NCBI GenBank assembly: GCA_002746155.1
Contig: NVWF01000007.1
Coordinates: 7,632 to 71,631, forward strand
Length of the DNA stretch: 64,000 bases
Source of the DNA: Gammaproteobacteria bacterium
Lineage (GTDB): Bacteria; Pseudomonadota; Gammaproteobacteria; Enterobacterales; GCA-2746155
Direction: 5' to 3'
The position numbers were made by a program, and so were the translations under genes. The notes beneath the pieces are model-generated. The model had not been told where the DNA came from. It ran no database searches and worked only from the letters and a program-made list of their open reading frames with translations. This document shows, one piece after another, positions 26,677 through 37,158 of this stretch; the first letter of the stretch is position 1; each line of letters opens with the position of its first letter.

Positions 26677-27708
26677 GTGAAGAAAAAAACTATTATGAGC
26701 GACAAAACTGTAGTCCTAACCGGTATCACCACAACAGGAACACCCCATCTGGGAAATTACGTGGGTGCCATTAGGCCTTCAATAGAAGCAAGCTTAAACA
26801 CAGAGGTTCAGTCATATTATTTCCTCGCTGATTATCACGCCTTGGTAAAATGCCACGATCCAGAACGGGTACATCAATCAAGCGTCGAAAATGCAGCGAC
26901 TTGGTTGGCCCTAGGGCTTGATACGGACAATGCAATTTTCTATCGCCAATCCGATATACCCGAAATTATGGAACTAAACTGGATACTGAGCTGCATGACA
27001 GCAAAAGGTTTGATGAATCGCTCCCACGCTTACAAAGCATCGGTGGCAGAAAACACCGAAAGTGGCGAACAAGATCCCGACAAGGGTATCAATATGGGAC
27101 TCTTCACCTATCCAACCCTCATGGCAGCTGACATCCTAATGTTCAATGCTCATAAGGTCCCGGTAGGAAAAGACCAAACCCAGCACTTAGAAATGACTCG
27201 AGTAATAGCTCAACGCTTCAACCATCATTTCGGCGAATATTTCATCATCCCAGAAATAGTTCTAGGTGAAGAAAGCGCTATTCTGCCAGGACTTGACGGC
27301 CGAAAAATGTCAAAGAGCTACAACAATACTATCCCATTATTTTTACCTGAGAAGAAGTTCAGAAAATTAATCATGAAGATTAAAACCAATTCTTTAGAAC
27401 CAGGCGTGCCAAAAGATCCAGAAGGTTGCACCCTTTTTGCCATCTACAACTCCTTAGCAACTAGGGAAGAAGTAGCAGTGCTGAGAAACTGCTACGCCGA
27501 AGGCATAGCTTGGGGCGAAATGAAGCAATTCCTATTTGAATATTTAAATAATATCTTCAGTGGCCCAAGGGAAAACTATAATGCTCTGTTAGAAAACCCT
27601 ACTGAGATTGAAACTATTCTCCTAAGGGGGGCTGAAAGAGCTAGGGATTACGCCTCACCCTTCATGCAAAGATTAAGAGTAGCAACGGGAATTAGGCCTC
27701 TAGTATAG
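26677..27708 (+). CDS. trpS: tryptophan--tRNA ligase
   Basis: Class I motifs TPHLGNY and KMSKS are present, and the size is typical of TrpRS. The track start is GTG at 26677; the in-frame ATG at 26695 (MSDKTVVLTGI) is the more likely start. Confidence 0.88.
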   Translation: MKKKTIMSDKTVVLTGITTTGTPHLGNYVGAIRPSIEASLNTEVQSYYFLADYHALVKCHDPERVHQSSVENAATWLALGLDTDNAIFYRQSDIPEIMELNWILSCMTAKGLMNRSHAYKASVAENTESGEQDPDKGINMGLFTYPTLMAADILMFNAHKVPVGKDQTQHLEMTRVIAQRFNHHFGEYFIIPEIVLGEESAILPGLDGRKMSKSYNNTIPLFLPEKKFRKLIMKIKTNSLEPGVPKDPEGCTLFAIYNSLATREEVAVLRNCYAEGIAWGEMKQFLFEYLNNIFSGPRENYNALLENPTEIETILLRGAERARDYASPFMQRLRVATGIRPLV

Positions 27709-27828
27709 ATAATATGCAATTGATGCTGTAAAGTGTTCCGTAGGTCTGTAACTTGTCCGACCAGAGACAAGAATGGCTGTATCACTAAATCATTAAAAAA
27801 AACAAATAATCAACCTTGGGGAAAAGGG

Positions 27829-30360
27829 ATGAAATTAAACACAAAAATACTACTTCCAATAGCTATCAGCATGGCGCTTTATGGCACCACAGCTATCGCT
27901 GAGGAAAACGAGAGCGATGACGACAATGATAACCGGATAACGGTAACTGCTCAAAAGCGTGTGCAACGCTTAGAAGAAGTTCCAATTGCCATGTCAGTTT
28001 TTCCTGCAGAAGAAATTGATCAAACAGGTGTTCAAGAGTTAAGAGATCTCGCCGGTATGATACCTAACTTATCAATATCTCAAGGTACTGACTTTGGTGC
28101 CAAGATATTAATTCGTGGAGTTGGTTCTAATACTCGAAATATTGCCTTTGACTCCCGTGTTGGTGTTTACCTAGACGGTGTATACCTTGGTCAAGGCCCT
28201 GCACTTAACCAAGATTTAGTTGATTTGGAACAGGTAGAAATACTACGTGGTCCTCAAGGTACTTTATTTGGTAAGAACACGGTTGCTGGTGCGATAAACC
28301 TTATCTCACAAAAACCCCATGATGAACTTGAAGGCAAGTTTACCATTAATGCTTCGAACTTTAGTGGTTTAGAATTGAAAGCTGCTGCTAACATACCGCT
28401 AAGCGATACGGTTTTTGCAAAAATTGCCGTTTCTTCACGTGAGCGTGATGGTTATATCCCGAATATTTATGAAGAGTCGATGATACCCACCACTATAAAT
28501 GTAGTTGTTGACACAGACGGTGATGGCATACCCGACACTCCATTTTTCGGTCTTCCGCTTTGTGATACTCTCGGTGGAAGTACTCCTGCTGGTTGTGCTG
28601 CTGGACCTGTTGGTCCTGAAACAGCTCCTGATACTAGCAAGAAATTTAATAATCAGGACACCACTTCATACCGTGCTCAACTTCGATTTCAACCTAGCGA
28701 TGATTTAGAAATCAATATCGCCATTGACGGTCTTGATTCTGATCGTATTCCTTTAATCGCTGTACCTAAAACAGAAACTTTTGGTGCAGGTCTAGATTAT
28801 AACGCTCCGGGCCGACTCGAAGTGGCATATAGTGAAAATGGTTTTGAAAAACGTGAAATGTTTGGTGCTAATGTAACCATTGATTATGATTTCGGTGAAG
28901 ATTATTCGTTTCGCTCAATAACAGCCATACGTAATTCAGAAATTGATTACTTTAGTGATACCGATGCTTCGGTGCTCGATTTTTTAACCGTACATTACAT
29001 TGATGAATATAAGCAGAAAACCCAAGAGTTTCAGTTGATCTCTCCAGACGGTGAAGATTTTGAATATGTTGTCGGTTTATACCTTTATAAGCAAGATGCA
29101 AATACCATCAGAGATGCGGATGCTGGCCGTGCTGGATTCTTTTTTGGCATTCCAGGAGCTGCAGCATGCCAAGCGTTTAACCTCTTCGTCAATGACATAA
29201 ATGGTGTTCCTCATTGTGGTGGCGCCTTCAACAGTGGTTCAGTTGATACAACATCTAAAGCACTATTTATGAGTGGTAGCTATCAGCTAGATGAACATTG
29301 GAAGTTAGGCTTTGGAGGACGATATTCTACTGAAACTAAAGATTTAGATTGGCGTTTAGATGGAACAACATCCGGTGCCTTTGGTATTGGTTCTACTGGA
29401 CCCAATGGCTTACAAGACTCTAGAAAGGACACTAAGTTCTCTCCAACGGTGAGTATCAATTACGCCCTAACACCTGATGTTCAGTTTTATGCTAAATATT
29501 CCACAGGCTTTAAGTCTGGCGGATATAACTTAGATTTCATTACCCAGGCAGATTTAGACGTCGGTATTGAATTTGATTTGGAAGAATCAACCAGTTATGA
29601 ACTGGGCTACAAGGCAAGCCTATTAGAAAACAGGCTTTCTTTAAATATAGCTTTATTTTCCATAACCTATGATGACTATCAAGTTAACCAATTCTTTAAT
29701 TTAGGATTTGATCCAAACACTGGAACTCAGTTAACAGCCATTCGAATTACAAATGCAGCAGCAGTCAACACTGACGGTGCTGAAGTTGAAATGAAATGGA
29801 GAGTTAATGATGACTTTACCATCATTGGTTCAATGGGCTTTTTAGACGCGACATTTGATGACTTTCCAGGTGGTTTAAGCGAGTTATCTGATCCTGCTGA
29901 TCCTCAAAGTCCTACTTTGAGTGTCAATGCTGCTGGCCAGAAATTACCCTTCGCATCTGAGTTTAATGCCAACTTAGCATTTCAATACTACTCAAGGATT
30001 GACTCACTTGGTGCTGATTTATTAATGCGTTTAGATATTGCCCATGTAGGTGAATACTTCACTCAAATTGAAAATGAGAAGACTTTAGATCTTAGCGGTC
30101 AACACGGCGTAATCTTCTCTATTGACTTGCCTAACTTTGGCGCTGCAACAACCATTGATTACGGCTTTATTGAAGCTAACACCTTATTACACGGCCGCAT
30201 TGGTTTAATTACTGATGGTGCTTGGGAAGTATACTTATGGGGTAGAAACTTAACGGATGAAGATGCTTACACTAATGATACACGTGAGTTCTTTGGTGCT
30301 AGACAGTTTGTTCCTCAAGTTCCAAGAACTTATGGTCTTGAAGTTATTTATAATTTCTAA
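27829..30360 (+). CDS. TonB-dependent outer membrane receptor
   Basis: Start reassigned to ATG 27829 (RBS aaaaggg), giving the signal peptide MKLNTKILLPIAISMALYGTTAIA. Has the plug-domain motif VEILRGPQGTLFGKNTVAGAINLI and a C-terminal beta-barrel ending ...YGLEVIYNF with terminal Phe. Confidence 0.9.
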   Translation: MKLNTKILLPIAISMALYGTTAIAEENESDDDNDNRITVTAQKRVQRLEEVPIAMSVFPAEEIDQTGVQELRDLAGMIPNLSISQGTDFGAKILIRGVGSNTRNIAFDSRVGVYLDGVYLGQGPALNQDLVDLEQVEILRGPQGTLFGKNTVAGAINLISQKPHDELEGKFTINASNFSGLELKAAANIPLSDTVFAKIAVSSRERDGYIPNIYEESMIPTTINVVVDTDGDGIPDTPFFGLPLCDTLGGSTPAGCAAGPVGPETAPDTSKKFNNQDTTSYRAQLRFQPSDDLEINIAIDGLDSDRIPLIAVPKTETFGAGLDYNAPGRLEVAYSENGFEKREMFGANVTIDYDFGEDYSFRSITAIRNSEIDYFSDTDASVLDFLTVHYIDEYKQKTQEFQLISPDGEDFEYVVGLYLYKQDANTIRDADAGRAGFFFGIPGAAACQAFNLFVNDINGVPHCGGAFNSGSVDTTSKALFMSGSYQLDEHWKLGFGGRYSTETKDLDWRLDGTTSGAFGIGSTGPNGLQDSRKDTKFSPTVSINYALTPDVQFYAKYSTGFKSGGYNLDFITQADLDVGIEFDLEESTSYELGYKASLLENRLSLNIALFSITYDDYQVNQFFNLGFDPNTGTQLTAIRITNAAAVNTDGAEVEMKWRVNDDFTIIGSMGFLDATFDDFPGGLSELSDPADPQSPTLSVNAAGQKLPFASEFNANLAFQYYSRIDSLGADLLMRLDIAHVGEYFTQIENEKTLDLSGQHGVIFSIDLPNFGAATTIDYGFIEANTLLHGRIGLITDGAWEVYLWGRNLTDEDAYTNDTREFFGARQFVPQVPRTYGLEVIYNF

Positions 30361-30384
30361 TGTCTTAAGTTAGATGGTTTAAAG

Positions 30385-30411
30385 AAAAAGGAAGCTTAGG
30401 CTTCCTTTTTT
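30385..30411 (+). terminator. rho-independent terminator
   Basis: Arm aaaaaggaagc (30385-95) pairs with gcttccttttt (30400-10) across the loop ttag. Confidence 0.75.
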
Positions 30412-30508
30412 GATGCTGGTAAAAATTCGCGGACATGATTGAAAAAAGGGCGCTTCATACTATAATCTTTAATATAACGACTACTTTTGAACTTATAGAA
30501 CATAGAAT

Positions 30509-32998
30509 ATGAATAAAAACACCACTCAGAAAGACCATGAGCAGCAACTTGAACTGCAGATAGCCGAGTTAAAAAACGCCTTGAGAGTTTCTGAGGCTGC
30601 CTTGAGAGAATCTCAAGCTACTCAACAAAAAAATGCACTAGAGCTCGATCATACATCTCGGATATTTGAGTCAATAGTGGATCTTTCCCCTATTCCCATG
30701 ATCGTTGCTAGTACCGAGGGAAGGCTGATTGCCTTTAACAAAGTCTGTTTAGAACAGTTAGGAATAGCCGATGCAAAAGCTGGTATGTTACTCAGTGAAT
30801 TCAAAGACAACTTCAGCCACCTGGATAGTGAAGGTAAACCCCTATCTTTAGAGCAATTACCTCTATTACAATCCCTCAAAGGAAATGTTACCAAGAACAA
30901 GGAACTCTGTGTCATTAGAAAGGATGGAACTAAACGATGGCAAATTGCTAGCAGTCATCCAATTTATGACAAGGATGGTAATGTAATAGCGGGTTTTGTA
31001 GCTTTTCCAGATATCACCCAAAGGGTTGTTGCTGAAACCCTGTTAGCTCAGAGTGAAGAAAAATATAGAAAGATATTTGATAATGCCAACATATCTATTT
31101 GGGACGAGGATTTTTCTGAGCTCTATGATGCTATTGAAAAGTTGAGAACTGAGGGCGTAACCGATCTCCGAAAATATCTAGAAGATAAGCCAGATTTGGT
31201 GGAAGAGTTATCAGGAAAAATAAAAATAGATCATATTAATGAGGCAACACTGAGTCTTTTTGGCGTTGAAAACAGAGAATCATTTTTTGATCATATTCTA
31301 GAATTTTTTGGTCCTGATACCCTAGAAATTTTTAAAGATTCTCTTTATGCAATCTGGGATAAAAAGCCATACTTTCGTTCTGAAGCCAATTATGTATCCA
31401 TCAAAGGAGAAGAAATAAAGGCAATTATTTCATATGTTATCCCTGAAAATCGTCAAGGGTTTTACAATGTGCCTGTGTCGATCATTGATATTACAGAATT
31501 TAAGTATCAACAGGATCGTCTTAATTCAATAGTAGATGCCTTGCCTGATTTAACGTTTGTCTTCGATGAAGAAGGCCTGCATCTTGAGGTATTAGTCTCT
31601 AAGGATGTACCTTTTTACAAGCAAGTGATGAGTTGTAAAGGTCAATTTATTCATGAACATTTACCGAAGGATAAAGCCGATTTCTTTGTTGATACCATCT
31701 CCAAAACATTAGCAAAGGGTGAAATGCAAGTTGTTGAGTATGAACTTGACTTACCCCGTGGCACGCGAAGTTTTGAGGGTCGGGTCTCACCCATGAAACA
31801 TACCTATAATAATAAACAAGCAGTGGTGTGGTTGGCAGTGGATATAACTGAACATAGAAAAGTTGAAAAGCAGTTTCGGCAAGCACAAAAAATGGAGGCT
31901 GTGGGTATATTAACCGGTGGAATCGCCCATGAGTTTAATAATCTTCTGTCACCGATTCTAGGTTATACAGAACTACTTTTGACTAAGAAATCTGAAAGCG
32001 ATTCAGACTATAATGGTCTCAATCAAATTTTTATTGCCAGTAATCGAGCAAAAATTCTGGTTCAACAATTACTTGCCTACGGTCGTCAATCCATGTCTCA
32101 GCGAGAATCAATTGAGCTGTCCAAGCTTTTAGAGGATGTTTTAAAGTTTCTAGTCAATACTTTACCAGCAAACATACGCATTCATAAGGATATTCAGCTT
32201 GATCTGCCGCTCATAGAAGGCATGCCAAATGAACTCCATCAAATCATACTAAATCTCTGTGTTAATGCCAGTCATGCAATGCCAGAGGGTGGTGATTTAT
32301 ACTTCACACTTGAGTGCAAAAAGCCACCTCAAGCCGTTGAAGGTAGGCTAGGAGATAAATCAGAAAAATTTATTTGCTTGACCATTAGGGATACTGGAAT
32401 AGGCATGGACAAGTTTGTTGTTGAAAGGATATTTGATCCCTTTTTTACTACCAAAGAAGTTGGTCAGGGTTCAGGCCTTGGACTTTCTGTGGTTGAAGGT
32501 ATTTTAGAACAACATAATGGTGCTGTTGAAGTAGTAAGTTCTCCTGGTGAAGGTTCAAGTTTTTTGCTCTATTTCCCAGTCTCACAGCAAGAGATTAAAG
32601 CAAAACAGTCCAGCTCCTCAGCTGTGTTAAAGGCTTCTGAACATATTTTATTGATAGATGACGATTCTTTGGTTTTAGATATTGCTAAAAACATGCTTGA
32701 AATGCTCGAGTATAAAGTAACGGCCATGACCGATAGTGAACAAGCCTTGGCGACCTTTGGTGACAAGTTAGATCAGTTTGACTTGGTTATCGTAGACTAT
32801 GGAATGCCTAGGATAAACGGCAAAATCTTTGCGCAGAGAATTAAACAATTACGTGCAGATATCCCTATCATTTTATGTACGGGTTATGGTGATCTCATTG
32901 CAAAAGAAAACATTGCTCAATGGGGTTTGGACGATGTATTACTCAAGCCCTTCGCTTTTAAGGACCTCAGTGCCGTTGTAAGTAAGGTTTTAGCCTAG
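30509..32998 (+). CDS. hybrid sensor histidine kinase (coiled coil, multiple PAS, HisKA, HATPase, receiver)
   Basis: 829 aa. H-box GGIAHEFNNLLSPILGY, N-box ILNLCVNASHAM, G-boxes DTGIGM and GSGLGLS, and a C-terminal receiver (ILLIDDD...VIVDYGMP...LLKP). PAS-like repeats fill the N-terminal 450 aa. No TM segment is evident. Confidence 0.9.
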   Translation: MNKNTTQKDHEQQLELQIAELKNALRVSEAALRESQATQQKNALELDHTSRIFESIVDLSPIPMIVASTEGRLIAFNKVCLEQLGIADAKAGMLLSEFKDNFSHLDSEGKPLSLEQLPLLQSLKGNVTKNKELCVIRKDGTKRWQIASSHPIYDKDGNVIAGFVAFPDITQRVVAETLLAQSEEKYRKIFDNANISIWDEDFSELYDAIEKLRTEGVTDLRKYLEDKPDLVEELSGKIKIDHINEATLSLFGVENRESFFDHILEFFGPDTLEIFKDSLYAIWDKKPYFRSEANYVSIKGEEIKAIISYVIPENRQGFYNVPVSIIDITEFKYQQDRLNSIVDALPDLTFVFDEEGLHLEVLVSKDVPFYKQVMSCKGQFIHEHLPKDKADFFVDTISKTLAKGEMQVVEYELDLPRGTRSFEGRVSPMKHTYNNKQAVVWLAVDITEHRKVEKQFRQAQKMEAVGILTGGIAHEFNNLLSPILGYTELLLTKKSESDSDYNGLNQIFIASNRAKILVQQLLAYGRQSMSQRESIELSKLLEDVLKFLVNTLPANIRIHKDIQLDLPLIEGMPNELHQIILNLCVNASHAMPEGGDLYFTLECKKPPQAVEGRLGDKSEKFICLTIRDTGIGMDKFVVERIFDPFFTTKEVGQGSGLGLSVVEGILEQHNGAVEVVSSPGEGSSFLLYFPVSQQEIKAKQSSSSAVLKASEHILLIDDDSLVLDIAKNMLEMLEYKVTAMTDSEQALATFGDKLDQFDLVIVDYGMPRINGKIFAQRIKQLRADIPIILCTGYGDLIAKENIAQWGLDDVLLKPFAFKDLSAVVSKVLA

Positions 32999-33089
32999 TT
33001 ATATTTTTAATGAATCAGTCAAATAGTCCTTTTATTACTCAAATAGCCATAAAAAGAGATCATAAGCTATTGTTATTAAGGAAATAAAG

Positions 33090-33117
33090 TTGACAAAGCT
33101 ATTAATCTGTTTATAAT
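33090..33117 (+). promoter_or_regulatory. sigma70 promoter of the cold-shock gene
   Basis: TTGACA (33090-95), a 16-nt spacer, then TATAAT (33112-17). This predicts a 5' UTR of about 145 nt, the long-leader architecture typical of cspA-type genes. Confidence 0.6.
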
Positions 33118-33268
33118 TCGAGCAGCTTGTAAGTACGACTTATATTTATGCACAATTTCGATGCTCCATTGTAGTACCTGATCCTGTTCTCATAAGTAAT
33201 AGCAACACTTCCAGCAAAAACCGCCTAATGTTAGGCTTTATTACAAATGAAAAATAGGATTTATTATT

Positions 33269-33475
33269 ATGTCTACTACTACTGGTACTGTTAAATGGTT
33301 CAACGAATCTAAAGGTTTTGGCTTTATTGAGCAAGAGAATGGTCCTGACGTATTTGCACATTTCAGTGCTATTACCGGTTCTGGATTCAAAACTTTAGCT
33401 GAAGGCCAAAAGGTTGAATTCACTGTTACACAGGGTCAAAAAGGTCCTCAAGCAGAGAACATTACAGCACTCTAA
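33269..33475 (+). CDS. cold-shock protein, CspA family
   Basis: 68 aa with [15 protein letters not shown] (RNP1) and VFAHFS (RNP2). Confidence 0.97.
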   Translation: MSTTTGTVKWFNESKGFGFIEQENGPDVFAHFSAITGSGFKTLAEGQKVEFTVTQGQKGPQAENITAL

Positions 33476-33525
33476 GTTTTTATAGAAAAGAATGCTTTAA
33501 TTTCTTGGTCTAGGCCAAGAGCAGG

Positions 33526-33557
33526 AAAGGGTGGGCCTTAGGGTGTCACCCTTTTTT
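33526..33557 (+). terminator. rho-independent terminator after csp (shared convergent gap)
   Basis: Arm aaagggtg (33526-33) pairs with cacccttt (33547-54), and the T-run extends to 33557. Confidence 0.65.
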
Positions 33558-33568
33558 ATTGCCTAGCT

Positions 33569-34783
33569 TTATCGTTGAATAACCCTTATTCCTTGTTCAA
33601 TACTGTTACCCGGATGGGTAATGATATAATCATCAACATTCAAGCCAGTTTGTATTTCAGCGAAACGATCATTTTTTTGCCCTACCTCTACTTCCTGCAG
33701 CACAACTTTACCGCCAATAACCTTGAAAACGGACCAAATACCATTTTGACGAAATAGAGCTGATAAAGGGATTTTAATAATATTATCAACTTGGTTAATA
33801 ATAATTGCTGCCTCAACTCGAAAAGCGTCACCCAGGCTTTGCCATTTTTCAATGGGATCGGTGAAACTTAAAATGACATTAACCCGTTGTTCCTCTACGC
33901 CAAGCGCAGATATCTTGGTAAAGCCAGATGGTTCAACGATCCTTACCCTTGCCCTAATGTCCTCAGAGCCACCCCAGCGTTTTATCAAGGCTTCATCTCC
34001 CACTTTAACCTTAACGGCGTTGGTTGAAAGCATTTCAATGTTAACTTCCAGATCAGCTGGATTGCCAATTTCAACCAGTGGTGTGCCAACGGGAACGATA
34101 CTTTCACTCTTGTGTAGAATTCTTAATACTCTGCCATCAACAGGGGAATGTATACAAATTTGGCAATGCTGGTCATCTGAATTACTCAAGTCGCTTGCAG
34201 CAAGGGGTTTAATTAACCGAGCCTTTGCAACATCTAATCTTGAAAGCATTACTAGATGATTAGATTGGGTCGTTTCAAGTTCAGCACGAAGGGTTTTAAT
34301 GCCCAGTTCAGCCCTCTCAATAGCTGACTGTGAAACACTGTGTTTTTCATAGAGCTCCTTAATGCGCCTGAATTCGGATAAATCAAATTCAAGTTGAGCT
34401 TGTGCCTGCTTTACTCTTGCATTGGAAAGGGCAAGAGCTGCTTGAGCACCTGTAACATCGGCCTTGGCTTGGATTTCACTACGTTTATCTAGAAACTGCG
34501 GATTAGCAGGGTACATATTGGCAATAATGGTTTTACCCGCTGTGACAAAGTCTCCGACCTCACTTTCAAGGCGAGTTATACGACCATCAATTGGAGTTGA
34601 TACAATATAGATATCATGAATTCTCGTTTTTCCTTCACCTTCTAGGGTGACGAGTAAATCACCTTTTTGTACCTTAATTAAATCAACTTTTATTGCCTCA
34701 GGTATAAAAGCGAAAATTAATAAACCAAGGGATGTGATGCTTATGATGATTTTTAACACCAACTTAATTTGTTTTGCAGACAT
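33569..34783 (-). CDS. HlyD/MacA-family periplasmic adaptor (membrane fusion protein)
   Basis: 404 aa. Has an N-terminal TM anchor, a biotinyl-lipoyl-like segment (GRITRLESEVGDFVTAGKTI), a long coiled-coil hairpin and C-terminal beta domains. Its start overlaps the permease stop. Confidence 0.85.
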   Translation of the reverse strand: MSAKQIKLVLKIIISITSLGLLIFAFIPEAIKVDLIKVQKGDLLVTLEGEGKTRIHDIYIVSTPIDGRITRLESEVGDFVTAGKTIIANMYPANPQFLDKRSEIQAKADVTGAQAALALSNARVKQAQAQLEFDLSEFRRIKELYEKHSVSQSAIERAELGIKTLRAELETTQSNHLVMLSRLDVAKARLIKPLAASDLSNSDDQHCQICIHSPVDGRVLRILHKSESIVPVGTPLVEIGNPADLEVNIEMLSTNAVKVKVGDEALIKRWGGSEDIRARVRIVEPSGFTKISALGVEEQRVNVILSFTDPIEKWQSLGDAFRVEAAIIINQVDNIIKIPLSALFRQNGIWSVFKVIGGKVVLQEVEVGQKNDRFAEIQTGLNVDDYIITHPGNSIEQGIRVIQR

Positions 34784-37149
34784 TATTCAACTCCTTTTTG
34801 AGCACTGACTAAGTCTAGCCCATCAACCTGCCGCCAGACTAGATAAAACGATAAAATGCTACTCATCAGCACAATCATTACAGCATAACCATAGGTGGCA
34901 TTTTTAATATAAAAGGGAATACGAAATAATTCACTTTCCATAGAAGAGGTCATGGCTTGGGCTAGAAAATTACCAATGAAAATGCCAATAGGAATGGATA
35001 AAAAGGTTATAAATCCTAGTTCTCCAAACAATATATAGGCAACTTCACGTCTTGTGAGTCCAAGCACTCTTAGACTTGCAAGTTCTCTACCTCTTTCTGA
35101 TAAAGCAATACGTGAGGTATTGTAGATCACACCAAAACTAATGAAGCTTGCGAAAACGATATTGATAGAGACCATTTTTAAGAGGTTTTCAGCCATGACG
35201 TCTTCAAATATTTGCCTTAACACTGAAACAATATTAAGTCCGATAATGGCCGGTATCTGCTTTAATTTTTTAAAGAGCACCTGACTAGAAAGTGGGTCAA
35301 GGCTAAGAGACGCACCTGTGATTTTCGGAGGTTCATCAAGAAGCCGATTAAGTTCATCAATATGTACATAGGCGCCGGTACCGATAAATTGGTGGGTAAT
35401 GGCAACAACGGGAATATATAGTGTGGGTCTTTTATCAACAAGAATTTCGGCTTCAAGCACATCACCCACAGAAATATGAAGAATTTCGGCAAGCTTTTTG
35501 CTCATCACAAGTCCTTGTTTGGGTAGTGAAACAGCCTTCAATTGGCTATCGATAATCCGTCTTAGATCAGGATTTGCAACAAGACCTGTGATAGAACTGC
35601 GTTTAGAGTAGTTTTTATGTTTTAGCAGGGCTGATATATTTCGAGTGGGCTCTACACTTAACACCCCGGGCATGGCTCTTATTTCTTCTAAGGCAGTATA
35701 GGGTCTTGGTTCTACAAAGGAAAAATTTATGTCCTCTCGCTGGGTTTGATCGTATTGAACATCTATTAAATAATCCATGGAGTCTTTCATGAAGAAACTA
35801 AATATAAGAATAGATAAAGCTAAGCTCATTCCTAAGGTTGAAAGCATGGCCCTGACGGGTCTCCTTTCAAGCTGTCTGAGGATTATACGACTTAAAAATG
35901 ATAACTTTGAATGAAGTCCCAGTCGTTCTAAAAGCGATTCCTTAAATTCTGTGGGGCTTTCTGGACGCATGGCTTCCGCCGGTGGTAATCTTGCTGCTCT
36001 TCGTATGGCAAATAAGGTGCCTAGGACTGCCGCTAATGTACAAAAGAACACTGAAAAAATCATAACTTGAGGGGAGAAGTTATATTTTAAAATAGGAAAA
36101 TGAAAAAACTGCGTATACATTTTTGTCATTCCAGCACCCATCCAAGCGCCGAGGGAAAGACCTATAACTGCACCAAAGCCAGTGATGATTAATACCATCT
36201 TTAAATAATGAATTGATATTTCATAGTCACTATAACCAACAGCTTTAAGCATCCCTATTTGCTCACGCTGGGTTGTAATTTGTCTAGTCATAACAACATT
36301 GATTAAAAAGGCTGCGACACTTAAAAATATCAAAGGAGCGATCATACCCATGCTATTAAGCTGTTTTAGTTCATTGGTCACAAAAAAATGTGATATCTGT
36401 TCATCTCTTGCATAGGAAATCAAACCACCATAGGGTTTTAAAATGTGATCAAGCCGTTGTTCAATAAGCTGGATATTGGCTGAACGATCGGTTTTAATAC
36501 TGATGTCATTAAAAGCCCCTTTCATATTAACAATGGCTTCTAGAGAGCGCCTGCTCATCCAAAAAATACCAAACCTTTTACCATCGGGCATAAGCGCACC
36601 GGGTGCTATGCTGTAAACGTATTCTGGGGACAAAACTACCCCTACAATTTTTAATTGCTGGGAGAGACCATTTGAGATAATTGAAATTTTGTCACCAAGG
36701 CTTAGTTGATGAGCATTAAAAAAACTTTCATCAGCTAAAATGGACTTTTCTTCATTGGGATAAAGCATACGACCAGAACGAAGATAAAGATTGTTCAGTA
36801 AGGGTTTCTGTCCATCAGGTAATGAAATAAGTTTGCCAGTAGCTGGCTCATTCATGGTTTGCATTTGCAGGGTGATACCGAAAACAACGCGACTTTCCAC
36901 CACCGAAACACCGGGAATCTCAGCAATACGCTCCTTAACCGCCTCGGGTGCTCTTTTTAAAGAGGCAAAAACATCAGCGAATTGATAACGATCATAGTAG
37001 GTATCGCGAGTTAACTTTAAACTATCAAGCACACCAAAAGTGATGACATAAACTGAGATCCCCGCAGCCATCACCAGAATGATTGCAGATAATTGACCCT
37101 TGATATTCCAAGTATCCCTGAGTAATTTACGATTGAGAGCGCTTAGCAT
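34783..37149 (-). CDS. ABC transporter permease with two FtsX/MacB-type domains
   Basis: 788 aa. Two repeats of TM, large periplasmic domain and a 3-TM FtsX module (e.g. GMLKAVGYSDYEI and ASLRVLGLTRREV). Confidence 0.85.
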   Translation of the reverse strand: MLSALNRKLLRDTWNIKGQLSAIILVMAAGISVYVITFGVLDSLKLTRDTYYDRYQFADVFASLKRAPEAVKERIAEIPGVSVVESRVVFGITLQMQTMNEPATGKLISLPDGQKPLLNNLYLRSGRMLYPNEEKSILADESFFNAHQLSLGDKISIISNGLSQQLKIVGVVLSPEYVYSIAPGALMPDGKRFGIFWMSRRSLEAIVNMKGAFNDISIKTDRSANIQLIEQRLDHILKPYGGLISYARDEQISHFFVTNELKQLNSMGMIAPLIFLSVAAFLINVVMTRQITTQREQIGMLKAVGYSDYEISIHYLKMVLIITGFGAVIGLSLGAWMGAGMTKMYTQFFHFPILKYNFSPQVMIFSVFFCTLAAVLGTLFAIRRAARLPPAEAMRPESPTEFKESLLERLGLHSKLSFLSRIILRQLERRPVRAMLSTLGMSLALSILIFSFFMKDSMDYLIDVQYDQTQREDINFSFVEPRPYTALEEIRAMPGVLSVEPTRNISALLKHKNYSKRSSITGLVANPDLRRIIDSQLKAVSLPKQGLVMSKKLAEILHISVGDVLEAEILVDKRPTLYIPVVAITHQFIGTGAYVHIDELNRLLDEPPKITGASLSLDPLSSQVLFKKLKQIPAIIGLNIVSVLRQIFEDVMAENLLKMVSINIVFASFISFGVIYNTSRIALSERGRELASLRVLGLTRREVAYILFGELGFITFLSIPIGIFIGNFLAQAMTSSMESELFRIPFYIKNATYGYAVMIVLMSSILSFYLVWRQVDGLDLVSAQKGVE

Positions 37150-37158
37150 GGGCTTGAG

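Noticed and set aside
27709-27828. Fur box or riboswitch upstream of the TonB-dependent receptor (gataatatgcaattgat)
   Set aside because: Only the first 6 nt match the Fur consensus GATAATGATAATCATTATC, and the rest diverges. The 120-nt leader is too short and unstructured for a B12 or TPP riboswitch.
33146-33423. Minus-strand ORFs (33146-33361, 33241-33423) across the cold-shock gene and its leader
   Set aside because: They are antisense to an unmistakable CspA-family CDS and its promoter/5' UTR. They have no RBS and low-complexity products.
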